Positions 1 to 9,708 of a stretch of 56,677 nt of DNA are shown here, piece by piece. Source of the stretch: Octopus bimaculoides (Eukaryota); assembly GCF_001194135.2 (NCBI RefSeq), contig NC_068996.1, positions 7,555,585 through 7,612,261 on the forward strand, written 5' to 3'. Numbering within the stretch: position 1 is the stretch's first letter; every line of letters begins with the position of its first letter. A program made the translations under genes and the position numbers. Below the pieces are notes generated by a model. The model made no database searches, had not been told where the DNA came from, and was given only the letters and a program-made list of their open reading frames with translations.

Positions 1-102
1 CATTGAAGGACACGCATGCGTAGACACATACAATAGGAATACAAAATACAAAATGGCTGATAGTTAGCAAGGTGAGTCACACATAAGAAAGAAGGAAACA
101 AA

Positions 103-147
103 GGACCACTGATGAGGTCACAGAAGTGTGACGAAAGAACTCTGGCC
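103..147 (+). ncRNA. Minimal type-I hammerhead ribozyme motif (probably a PLE terminal repeat)
   Basis: GGACCA-CUGAUGA-g-GUCAC(agaagu)GUGAC-GAAA-G(aa)C-UC-UGGCC. Conserved core CUGANGA and GAAA, 5-bp stem II, very short stem III, CUC triplet, imperfect stem I. Confidence 0.6.
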
Positions 148-479
148 GAAATAAGATTAAGATTAATGTAATATAAAGCTGAAGCAAATTAACACCAAAT
201 ATACAGTGCGTGTGTTTTTATTGGCTAAACTGGCAATATGACCATCCCAAAGCACAACAACATCTGTTTCAACACACGATTTCACATCAAAAATCTTGCA
301 AAACAAATATATATATATATATATAAGTTAAAATTAAAGTTTATATTTAGATTTTAAATTTAAACTGCATTTTGGGTATTTCCATAATGGTATGCCAACA
401 AAGCACATTCACTGCCTATGGCTACCTGGCATCATCCACTGTAATTGCGCAATCATTGCTGGATCAACAATGTGCGTGT

Positions 480-519
<40 letters not shown>

Positions 520-567
520 TTGTGTGTATATAGGTGTTTGATGTGGGTATGGGTACATACATGGGTA

Positions 568-870
568 TAAGCATAGCTGAGTGGTTAAGAAATTCATTTT
601 GCAAGCATGAGGTTGCAGTTTCGATCCCACTTCATAACATCTCTTTAACTACAAGCCTCGTCAGTGAAAACGGAATACATAGGAACTGAATAGAAGCTTG
701 TTTGATGGACCGTACCCGTCACACTTGGTGATGCAGATTCCACTTAAGAATTATGGTAAAGGAACATGTGTGTGTGTGTGTGGAATATTCAGCCACCTGT
801 TAATTCAACGAGGAAGCTGTTCAACTGAATAAAAAACAGGATGCTCATACATCATTGTTGATCAGAGAGT
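568..870 (+). mobile_element. tRNA-derived SINE, degenerate
   Basis: A-box-like TAGCTGAGTGG at about 574 and B-box-like GTTTCGATCC at about 618. The 3' part resembles the tail of the 29662-29955 SINE. Confidence 0.55.
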
Positions 871-1845
871 CTAGTATACCTGTCTGCCGAGCAATATATC
901 TACTTATCCACACATCTCTTCGAAACGCTTAGTTTTAGAATGGTGGCAGCTGATGAAGGAAATGTTCTGTATGTGGCCTGTGTGTTTTCTGTACTCTGTT
1001 TATGTTCTGTTTCTCATTTTGTCCACGTTTTTTTGTGACGTCCTGTACCCAGATATGCATCTATATATACATGTAGATGTAGGTATGTACATACATGTAC
1101 GTATATATGCATATACTCACATATTATTTGTATTATGTACATACATACATACATACATATGCACACACATACACGCATACATACATACATACATACATAC
1201 ATACATACACATACATGCATACACGTATGCATACATGCACACACACACACACACAAATAAACAAACAAACGAACAAGTAAATGCAATCAGCAAGGCATTG
1301 GCTTGCTTCCCCAATGTAATGAGCTCTGCAAAATTTGCAAATGGTACAGCATATTAGGTTAGATAACGTGTAAGAGAAGTTCCTAGCGATGCGATAGCAT
1401 ACGCCCAGTAATGGCTGTGGTGCTGTAGGATCAGGTGTTACATTGCTAATTGTACATTTAAGTTTATTGTACTATTTTTTTGTCAGTTTTACTAAATAAT
1501 ACAAGTCTTGTCAATATAAAGCAATTCAAATCTCTTCATAGCCTGTTTGATCATATACATAATATATGCATATATAAAGTGATAGTGAAATATCTGAGTC
1601 AAAATAATAAAGTGAGATAGAAAGTAAAAGCAAGTAGTAAACAAATGTCTTTTTAAGTATGCAATTAGTAATTGTGTGTTAAACAAAATAAAAATGAAGA
1701 AATGCTCAGTCACAGAGCATAGAAGTAAATTGGAGAGTAGAAGAATGTTGAATAACTACAAGAAACATACATAAAAAATGAAATAACACTCGAAGGAAAA
1801 AGATTAAGAGACAAAAGTAAACTTCATTATTTTTACAGGTAGTAG

Positions 1846-1884
<39 letters not shown>

Positions 1885-1888
<4 letters not shown>

Positions 1889-2917
1889 TCATCATCATAG
1901 TTTAACGTCCGCTTTCCATGCTAGCATGGGTTGGACGATTTGACTGAGGACTGGTGCAACCGGATGGCTACACCAGGCTCCAATCTAATTTGGCAGAGTT
2001 TCTACAGCTGGATGCCCTTCCTAACGCCAACCACTCAGAGAGTGTAGTGGGTGCTTTTACGTGTCATCCGCACGAAAACGGCCATGCTCGAANNNNNNNN
2101 NNNNNNNNNNNNNNNNNNNNNNNNNNNNNNNNNNNNNNNNNNNNNNNNNNNNNNNNNNNNNNNNNNNNNNNNNNNNNNNNNNNNNNNNNNNNNNNNNNNN
2201 NNNNNNNNNNNNNNNNNNNNNNNNNNNNNNNNNNNNNNNNNNNNNNNNNNNNNNNNNNNNNNNNNNNNNNNNNNNNNNNNNNNNNNNNNNNNNNNNNNNN
2301 NNNNNNNNNNNNNNNNNNNNNNNNNNNNNNNNNNNNNNNNNNNNNNNNNNNNNNNNNNNNNNNNNNNNNNNNNNNNNNNNNNNNNNNNNNNNNNNNNNNN
2401 NNNNNNNNNNNNNNNNNNNNNNNNNNNNNNNNNNNNNNNNNNNNNNNNNNNNNNNNNNNNNNNNNNNNNNNNNNNNNNNNNNNNNNNNNNNNNNNNNNNN
2501 NNNNNNNNNNNNNNNNNNNNNNNNNNNNNNNGGGTATTCACATTGACATTACACATCCAACGGAGCATACTGGCTTCATTCCTTGCGAGCTTACGTATGT
2601 CCTCAGCAGTCACAGCCCATGTTTCACTGCCATGTAGCATGGCTGTTCGTACACATGCGTCATACAGTCTGCCTTTTACCCTGAGTGAGAGTCCCTTTGT
2701 CGCCAGCAGAGGTAAGAGCTCTCTAAACTTGGCCCAGGCTATTCTTATTCTAGCGGTTACACTTTCAGCGCACCCACCCCCACTACTAACTTGGTCACCC
2801 AGATAGCGGAAGCTATCAACTACCTCTAGTTTTTCTCCCTGGAATGAGATAGAAGTTGTTTCCTGTTTGTTTAGTGTTTATTGCACCTGAACATCTGCCA
2901 CATACAAAAACTAACTT
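1885..2917 (-). mobile_element. 5'-truncated RTE-clade LINE (contains an N gap)
   Basis: Minus strand encodes FQGEKLEVVDSFRYLG...ARIRIAWAKFRELLPLL...MLHGSETWAVTAEDIRKLARNEASMLRWMC. 3' UTR ends in a (GAT)n tail. Same family as 6368-7313 and 17374-18501. Confidence 0.9.
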
Positions 2918-2920
2918 TTT

Positions 2921-3095
2921 ATATATATTGATAAAAATGGTAAGACAACAAAAGAATGCAAGAGACCTCGATATTATGTAAATAGAGGAATTTATCTGTA
3001 AGTATTATATGTGACAATTATTCAGTAGCCATGATAAAACTCTGAGTTTCGGACGTCAGGGTGGAAACCCATGCCGCCATCTCTTCAGTTATCAA
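2921..3095 (-). repeat. PLE-like terminal repeat carrying a hammerhead (left arm of an inverted pair)
   Basis: Positions 2993-3093 are the reverse complement of about 3263-3362, and the arm ends in a (TA)n tract. Confidence 0.7.
3032..3094 (-). ncRNA. Type-I hammerhead ribozyme motif
   Basis: UGAUAA-CUGAAGA-[GAUGGCGGCAUGG GUUU CCACCCUGACGUC]-C-GAAAC-UCAGA-GUU-UUAUCA. Perfect 6-bp stem I, long imperfect stem II, stem III ACUC-A-GAGU, GUU triplet. One extra C before GAAA. Confidence 0.75.
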
Positions 3096-3099
3096 GTCA

Positions 3100-3258
3100 T
3101 GACTTCCTTGTTCGATTTTCTAAGGGCTCTTTTGAAGGTATCAACAAAATGTTCTGCCTGTCCATTAGATCTGGGATGTTATGGCACAGTAGTTACATAT
3201 TCTACCGCAGACGTTTCACAAAATTTTAAAAATTCACTAGACAAATTGTGTTCCATTG
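3100..3258 (-). pseudogene. Duplicated Gypsy integrase-core fragment (copy of 4192-4352)
   Basis: Near-identical to 4192-4352. Minus frame reads ...FCETSAVEYVTTVP*HPRSNGQAEHFVDTFKRALRK. Confidence 0.85.
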
Positions 3259-3261
3259 GCC

Positions 3262-3324
3262 CAATAACTGAAGAGATGGTGGTGTGGATTTCCACCCCGA
3301 CATCCGAAACTTGGAGTTTTATCA
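3262..3324 (+). ncRNA. Type-I hammerhead ribozyme motif (right arm of the inverted pair)
   Basis: CAAUAA-CUGAAGA-[GAUGGUGGUGUGG AUUU CCACCCCGACAUC]-C-GAAAC-UUGGA-GUU-UUAUCA. 4-bp stem I (AUAA/UUAU). Confidence 0.7.
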
Positions 3325-3436
3325 TGGCTACTGAATAATTGTCGCATATTATATTTACAGAGATATATATATATATATATATATTTTAACATCATCATCA
3401 TAATATCCCTTGTCACCACCGTTCTAATCCTTTTGA

Positions 3437-3628
3437 TGTTGGATTATTACAACACTCAACTTGGTAAACAGTATACTTTGTAAAACCAGTAAAGACACAA
3501 CTATCTCTGACTGCCTACTATGTACTCTAGTTCTGCATGTACTTCTCTTTACTTACAGTGACTACGTTATTCCATTCGTCATGTGCGAGTGGTGTACTAT
3601 TATTACTAATTTCCTACATCTCCCCTTT
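3437..3628 (-). mobile_element. Probable 3' LTR (3437-3618) plus polypurine tract of the Gypsy element
   Basis: Minus strand: PPT AAAGGGGAGA (3628-3619) directly followed by TGTAGG..., ending ...ATCCAACA (TG...CA). Lies downstream of the integrase. Confidence 0.6.
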
Positions 3629-3899
3629 AAAATTTTTTTTTAAGAAGTGTCATTTTATTTAATAATAATTTTTTTATTCACTCCACCTCCTTTTTATCTG
3701 TACGATTTAATATTTTTTGTGCTTGGTATCTATTTTCAGGAACTCTGTACTCTTTCTTTTCCTCGCATTTGTACAGCTGGGTTCAATCACCTGCAGCGGC
3801 GTTGGTACTTAGAACATATCATACAACCATTCCATCAGTTCCTCTAACTTTGGTTCACTTTCCACGAGTCTCTTTCTCAGTTAGTTCCTGTGTCTCTTT

Positions 3900-5752
3900 T
3901 ATATGCCTTTTCTATTTTTTACCCAATACATCATTTTACCTCTGCATTTGGTGATTATGCCATCTTCCTGACTCTGCTTTCCATTCTTGTATGCTCCCTT
4001 TTCACCAACTTTAAAGACTCTTGCTATGTCCTCTCTGGCACTTTTTCTTTTCTTGCCAGGCAGTAATTTATCAAAGACTGATTTTACTTTCCTTGCAAAC
4101 ATCAGCTCCACTGGTGAGCTACCTGTTGGAGTATTCAGATTTGGTGTCACATGGTACACTCTTAAAAATTGTTGTAGAGCTACCTCATCTGTGACTTCCT
4201 TATTCAATTTTCTTAGGGCTCTTTTGAAGATATCAACAAAATGTTCTGTCTGTCCATTAGATCTGGGATGTTATGGCACAGTAGTTACATGTTCTACAGC
4301 AGACGTTTCACAAAATTTTAAGAATTCACTAGACACAAATTGTGTTCTATTGTCAAACACTATCTTGTCTGGGATGCTAAATCTTTCAAACAAATTGTGT
4401 AAAAAATTTATCACAGTTGAGGTGGTTGGTTTTTTAAACTTACAAACTTCAGGCCATTTCAGAAAAAACTATCAACTACCACTAAGTAGTAAGAACCATT
4501 TAGAAGACCAGTGAAGTCGATGTTTAGTCTCAACCATGGAACATCTACTTTTGAACTATGTTTATTTTTTATCAAGTGCAATTTTTCGCTTTGTTTTGGT
4601 TTACTTACCGGTGTTCCACTCTGTTTCACTGCATTTTTTTGTTTCAGTCCCTCAGCCTCATTTGAACCTTTGACTGACCCAAATATATTTCCACACATAA
4701 TACCACTCTGTGTCAAATAGATTAAGTGAACATTTTAACACATATATCTTAGCCATTTTTGTTTGACCTCGAAATGTTACATTACATATAAATTCACTGC
4801 AAAAATATATAATCTTTTTCCCATAACACCATGTGCTACCTTTTTCAATTTTGTTAAATTTGGGTTACCAACATATTTCCACATTTTCTTTTGTTTATAA
4901 TAGAGATATAATAGTGTCCAGTTGCATTTTAACACTTGTATTTCTGATTTTCGCATTCATGAATTTCCTCATCATTATATTATATTACTATTTACTCTTT
5001 TTCCAATGACATGCTATTTATTCTTTTTCCTTTGTTCTGGCATTTTTTCATCTTCATTCTACCGTGCATCTTTATATGTTCTATATATCCACAATGAAAG
5101 CACTTTGTTTTTTTAAATGTGCAATTTTTCCTCAGGTGTATACCTCCACATGCAAAACATGGGTTTATTTCCTGATTTTTGTTGTGTTTTTTAGAAAACA
5201 CTTTATCTCTATTCTGACTATTTCACACTTGCTTTACTTGGAAACAATCTTTACTTCTAATTTCCACTGTGCCGTGTCTTAATTTTACCATCCTTTCACA
5301 TTCTTTTGGCACTTGCTGTAGGGTTACATCCTGGGTATGTTCCAGCTTTGTGAGAATTCTAGTTCTAACTCCTGCGCCCTTTTCGGCAGTAAGTCCCTGT
5401 GTAGAAATCAGGCATTTGAACATATTTGGCATTAATTCATTCAGCTTAAACTTCTCGCATTCCCTGTTTACTCTACCAGCATATGTGATGTAGTCCTCAT
5501 TATTTTTCTTTATGTTTAGACACTTCCAACATGTGTTGAACAATGAACTTTTTTCCACTGAAAATTTTACACAATATGTCTATTGTGTCATTAAAGTTTA
5601 TGTCCAAAGGTTTTCTTTGGAGTACATAATTACTGTATCGTTCATCTTCTGTTGCCACCAGTTTTCTCAAGATTACACGCATTTTCATCTTGTCGTCCCA
5701 ATCTTCACATTCTTTCTTGAAGATTTGCTTATATCTTCTATAGTATGCTTCA
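3900..5752 (-). mobile_element. Decayed Ty3/Gypsy LTR retrotransposon internal region (gag plus integrase, internally deleted)
   Basis: Gag-like RYKQIFKKECEDWDDKMK...FKCLI...RTRILTKLE; knuckle CFACGGIHLRKNC; integrase PW.RLNIDFTG...YLVVVDSF, HPRSNGQ, FLRVYHVTPN...GSSPVELMF. Many stops and frameshifts. Confidence 0.85.
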
Positions 5753-5755
5753 AAG

Positions 5756-6043
5756 AGTGGAGGCGCAATGGTTAGGGCAGCGGACTCGTGGTCATAGGAT
5801 CGCGGTTTCGATTCCCAGACCGGGCGTTGTGAGTGTTTATTGAGCAAAAACACCTAATGCTCCACGAGGCTCCGGCAGGGGATGGTGGCGAACCCTGCTG
5901 TACTCTTTCACCACAACTTTCTCTCACTCTTACTTCCTGTTTCTGTTGTGCCTGTAATTCAAAGGGTCAGCCTTGTCACACTGTGTCACGCTGAATATCC
6001 TCGAGAACTACGTTAAGGGTACACGTGTCTGTGGAGTGCTCAG
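5756..6043 (+). mobile_element. tRNA-derived SINE
   Basis: Head GGCGCAATGGTTAGGGCAGCGG...GGTTTCGATTCC (A/B boxes). Body near-identical to 29662-29870. Confidence 0.85.
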
Positions 6044-6109
6044 GTCAGAAGTGTCTCACTCATCAGCTTGCATTCTTCATTTGAGGGGAGCAATAAGGAC
6101 TAAATTGTA

Positions 6110-6290
6110 TTGATAGGAAGGGCATCCATGAAACCAAAGTAAAAAGATGTAATGAACAAGTGAAACATAGTCCCCAACTTGTCTATGAGGATAGTAACTT
6201 TTAATAAGAACTGATTGAGATTATAATGACCTGTCCAACCCTTACCAGCATGGAAAAGTAGACACGAAAGAATGACAATGATATAATGTT
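6110..6290 (+). mobile_element. Old degenerate RTE-type 3' end
   Basis: AGGAAGGGCATCC...GTCCAACCC..CCAGCATGGAAAA..GAC motifs shared with the RTE 3' UTR. Confidence 0.5.
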
Positions 6291-6367
6291 GTGGATAATG
6301 ATATGCAGATATGCTTCACTTTCACTTCAAAATATCAGTCTGACAAATATCAGTCTGACAATCCATT

Positions 6368-7313
6368 GTGGAAGCAAGGTCTAGAATTGAAGGGCCTTAG
6401 AGTCAACCTAGCTAAAACCAAAATCCTAATAAGTAGGAAGGTAGATAAAACACAAACCCCTTCAGGTAGATGGCCCTGCTCAGTATGTAGAAAAGGAGTA
6501 GGTAGTAACTCTATAAGATGTACCCGGTGCAAGCTATGGACACATAAGAGGTGCAGCAACATCAAAGGCAGGTTAACTAGCAAGTTAGTTTTTGTTTGTG
6601 GCAGATGTTCAGGTGCAATAAAGACTGCAAACAAACAGGAAACAACTTCTATCTCATTCCAGGGTGAAAAACTAGAGGTAGTNNNNNNNNNNNNNNNNNN
6701 NNNNNNNNNNNNNNNNNNNNNNNNNNNNNNNNNNNNNNNNNNNNNNNNNNNNNNNNNNNNNNNNNNNNNNNNNNNNNNNNNNNNNNNNNNNNNNNNNNNN
6801 NNNNNNNNNNNNNNNNNNNNNNNNNNNNNNNNNNNNNNNNNNNNNNNNNNNNNNNNNNNNNNNNNNNNNNNNNNNNNNNNNNNNNNNNNNNNNNNNNNNN
6901 NNNNNNNNNNNNNNNNNNNNNNNNNNNNNNNNNNNNNNNNNNNNNNNNNNNNNNNNNNNNNNNNNNNNNNNNNNNNNNNNNNNNNNNNNNNNNNNNNNNN
7001 NNNNNNNNNNNNNNNNNNNNNNNNNNNNNNNNNNNNNNNNNNNNNNNNNNNNNNNNNNNNNNNNNNNNNNNNNNNNNNNNNNNNNNNNNNNNNNNNNNNN
7101 AGCGTGGCCGTTTTCGTGCGGGTGACACGTAAAAGCACCCACTACACTCTCTGAGTGGTTGGCGTTAGGAAGGGCATCCAGCTGTAGAAACTCTGCCAAA
7201 TCAGACTGGAGCCTGGTGTTGCCATCCGGTTTCACCAGTCCTCAGTCAAATCGTCCAACCCATGCTAGCATGGAAAGCGGACGTTAAACGATGATGATGA
7301 TGATGATGATGAT
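6368..7313 (+). mobile_element. 5'-truncated RTE-clade LINE with a PHD-like finger inside RT (contains an N gap)
   Basis: WKQGLELKGLRVNLAKTK...PCSVC...CTRC..WTHKRC...VCGRC...GEKLEV; 3' UTR and (GAT)n tail; probable TSD ATGCTTCA(C/T)TTTC at about 6311-6323 and 7312-7324. Confidence 0.9.
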
Positions 7314-7559
7314 GCTTCATTTTCTCCATACTCCAAGTGCTTTTGACAATGAACGTTCTTTGTCTCATTCCTATACAGCATCACATACATCTCATCTTAC
7401 GTATATTTCACACAGATTGTATTTTTACACTGAATTCCTATGTCTCACTACAATGTAGCATCAAATTTTTGGCATCTGTGATCTCTGTAGCTTTATATCA
7501 TTTACCAGCCCATTCCAAACATAAACAAAGATAAGTGAAATCACTTCAATCTGCTAACG

Positions 7560-7883
7560 CAGTGGTTTCAACCATTTTTTCTTTAATCTATGACCGCTTT
7601 GATTACTATTTTACTCTAGTGGATCCTTATAACCATCTGATGTTTAAAAATTAGCTTTATACATAGTTCTTTCAAAATTCCTATCTTGTTTTTGAAACAT
7701 GTGTAGGTTGAACTATATAAAACATTAAAGAAAGAAACTAGTTGTTTCCTACCAATAATCAAAATTTTCTCATGGACCCTTAAATACTACTGTGAACCCA
7801 GTTCACTATCTTGCTTACGTGGATTCCCCCAAGTCTTATATGGATGTCCCCAGGGTCATATGGACCTGGGTTGAGAACAATTG
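7560..7883. mobile_element. hAT (Charlie-like) MITE, older copy
   Basis: TIRs CAGTGGTTTCAACC / GGTTGAGAACAATTG; degenerate 8-bp TSD TGCTAACG / TGCCAACA; homologous to 8923-9708. Confidence 0.7.
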
Positions 7884-8922
7884 TGCCAACATGTGCCTCA
7901 ATTCATGCTCATGAACTTAAATAGTGTTACTTGATTTCAGAGACCTTGTTATCATCTGAAACCATTAAAAACCATTTAAACCATTTTGCAATTATCTGTC
8001 ATTTCTTCTCACTTTGCACTGATGTGAATATTTGACATTAAATATCTATATACGAGATATGTTAGCTGCCTTAGCTTGCATATTGAAATGCAATTTTAAA
8101 TAGAAATGAAGATTTAAGTAAATTTACTTAATACTTAATAAACATATCCAGAATTTAGTCATAAAATTAAGAAACTCACAATCATATACACATATAAAAT
8201 ATGATGAGAATTTAACACTCAATGAATAAGCAAATGTATACTTGAATGTAAGACATAGGAACTATAAGACAAGAATAATTTCCCAAATGTGCATTGCTGA
8301 AAGATGAGGGTTGGTTTAAGCAGTAAAATCTATGTTTCTAACAAGAGAAATAACAAAATCAATATTTAAACAATTATGAGTGAAAATCTAAAACTAGATC
8401 ATTCAGAGTCATTATAAATAACATAAAGCAATATAAAACAATCTGCGTTCATGTTTATGTAATTGGTTGCTAAATGAAGAATATATTTCTGATTGGCCTG
8501 AAGAAATAGACAGTAGTAGAGATTAAAAGCAGTTAGGAAATTGGTCTTGTAAATTATTCCTTCCTGCTATTCAAATTCTTCAAATGTTTAATAATTACAA
8601 AACAATAAATAGTTCTATAATGCCTATTTCACTCCTGAACTGTCTGGAAGAATAATTCTTTCTCTGGTCTCATAGGTCTTGTTACTTGGTTCAAAGTTTC
8701 CTTGTTTGATATTTCATAACTCTTTTAGCCTTGGACCATACTCTTGATCAGCTTACAAGCAGTATGGCAGTAATACAGCAGCAGTAATACAACAGTGGGG
8801 CAGCAGTGGGGCAGCAGTAGTGGGGAAGCTGTAGGGCAGCAGAGTACATAACCAACATGAGTTACTTTCTACTTACTGATGCGACCCAACATGTGGAAAA
8901 TCTATTCCAAGTTGTTCTAGAG

Positions 8923-9708
8923 CAGTGTTTCTCAACCATCTTTTTATCTATTGACCTTTTTGATTACTATTTTATTCTGGTGGACCCACATAGCCATTTG
9001 ATGTTTAAAAGCTAGTTTTATAGATATTTCTTTCCAAATTCCTATTTTGTTTTTCAAATGTCCATTTACTCTTTTACTCTTTTACTTGTTTCAGTCATTT
9101 CACTGTGGCCATGCTGGAGCACTGCCTTTAGTCAAGCAAATCGACCCCAGGACTTATTGTTTGTAAGCCTAGTACTTATTCTATCGGTTTCTTTTGCCAA
9201 ACCGCTAAGTTACGGGGACGTAAATACACTGGCATCGGTTGTCAAGCGATGGTGGGGGGACAAACACATATACATATATATATATATACATGTATACGAC
9301 GGGCTTCTTTCAGTTTCCGTCTACCAAATCCACTCACAAGGCTTTGGTCAGCCCGAGACTATGGTAGAAGACACTTGCCCAAGGTGCCACGTAGTGCGAC
9401 TGAACCTGGAACCATGTGGTTGGTAAGCAAGCTACTTACCACACAGCCACTCCTGCGCCTATTTGTGTAGGTTTGCAATAATACTCTCTAAGAGAACTGG
9501 TTTCAGTGGCCAGAAGCATGTTAGACTATGTTAAACATTAAAGAAAGAAACCTGGATGTTTCTTGCAATAAATATATCTAAAAGAAAGTTCTTTCATGAA
9601 TCTTTAAAATATTACTGTGGATCCCCAATATACTCTTTTGCTTGTGTTGATCCCCAAAATCTTATATGGACTTTCAGGGGTCACATGGACCCTGGTTGAG
9701 AATCACTG
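8923..9708. mobile_element. hAT (Charlie-like) MITE interrupted by a SINE
   Basis: TIRs CAGTGTTTCTCAACC / GGTTGAGAATCACTG; perfect 8-bp TSD TTCTAGAG at 8915-8922 and 9709-9716. Confidence 0.9.
9068..9462 (-). mobile_element. tRNA-derived SINE (family A)
   Basis: Minus-strand head AGGCGCAGGAGTGGCTGTGTGGTAAG...GGTTCAGTC, then GCACCTTGGGCAAGTGTCTTCTAC, an internal microsatellite and the tail GACTGAAACAAGTAAAAGA. At least six copies in the window. Confidence 0.85.

Noticed and set aside
610-666. CUGACGA...CGAAAC on the minus strand
   Set aside because: No complementary stem II; the GAAAC is just the reverse complement of the SINE B-box.
409-1357. ORFs rich in HT/YI/CV/VC dipeptides here and throughout the window
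   Set aside because: These are translations of (CA)n, (TA)n and (TACA)n microsatellites.
5756-5830. tRNA-like sequences at SINE heads
   Set aside because: A/B boxes are present but there is no full cloverleaf, and they continue into multi-copy SINE bodies, so they are not tRNA genes.
7215-7255. CUGAGGA-CUGGU-GAAAC on the antisense strand of the RTE tail
   Set aside because: No viable stem II and no correctly placed UH triplet or stem I; GAAAC is not kept in the other copies.
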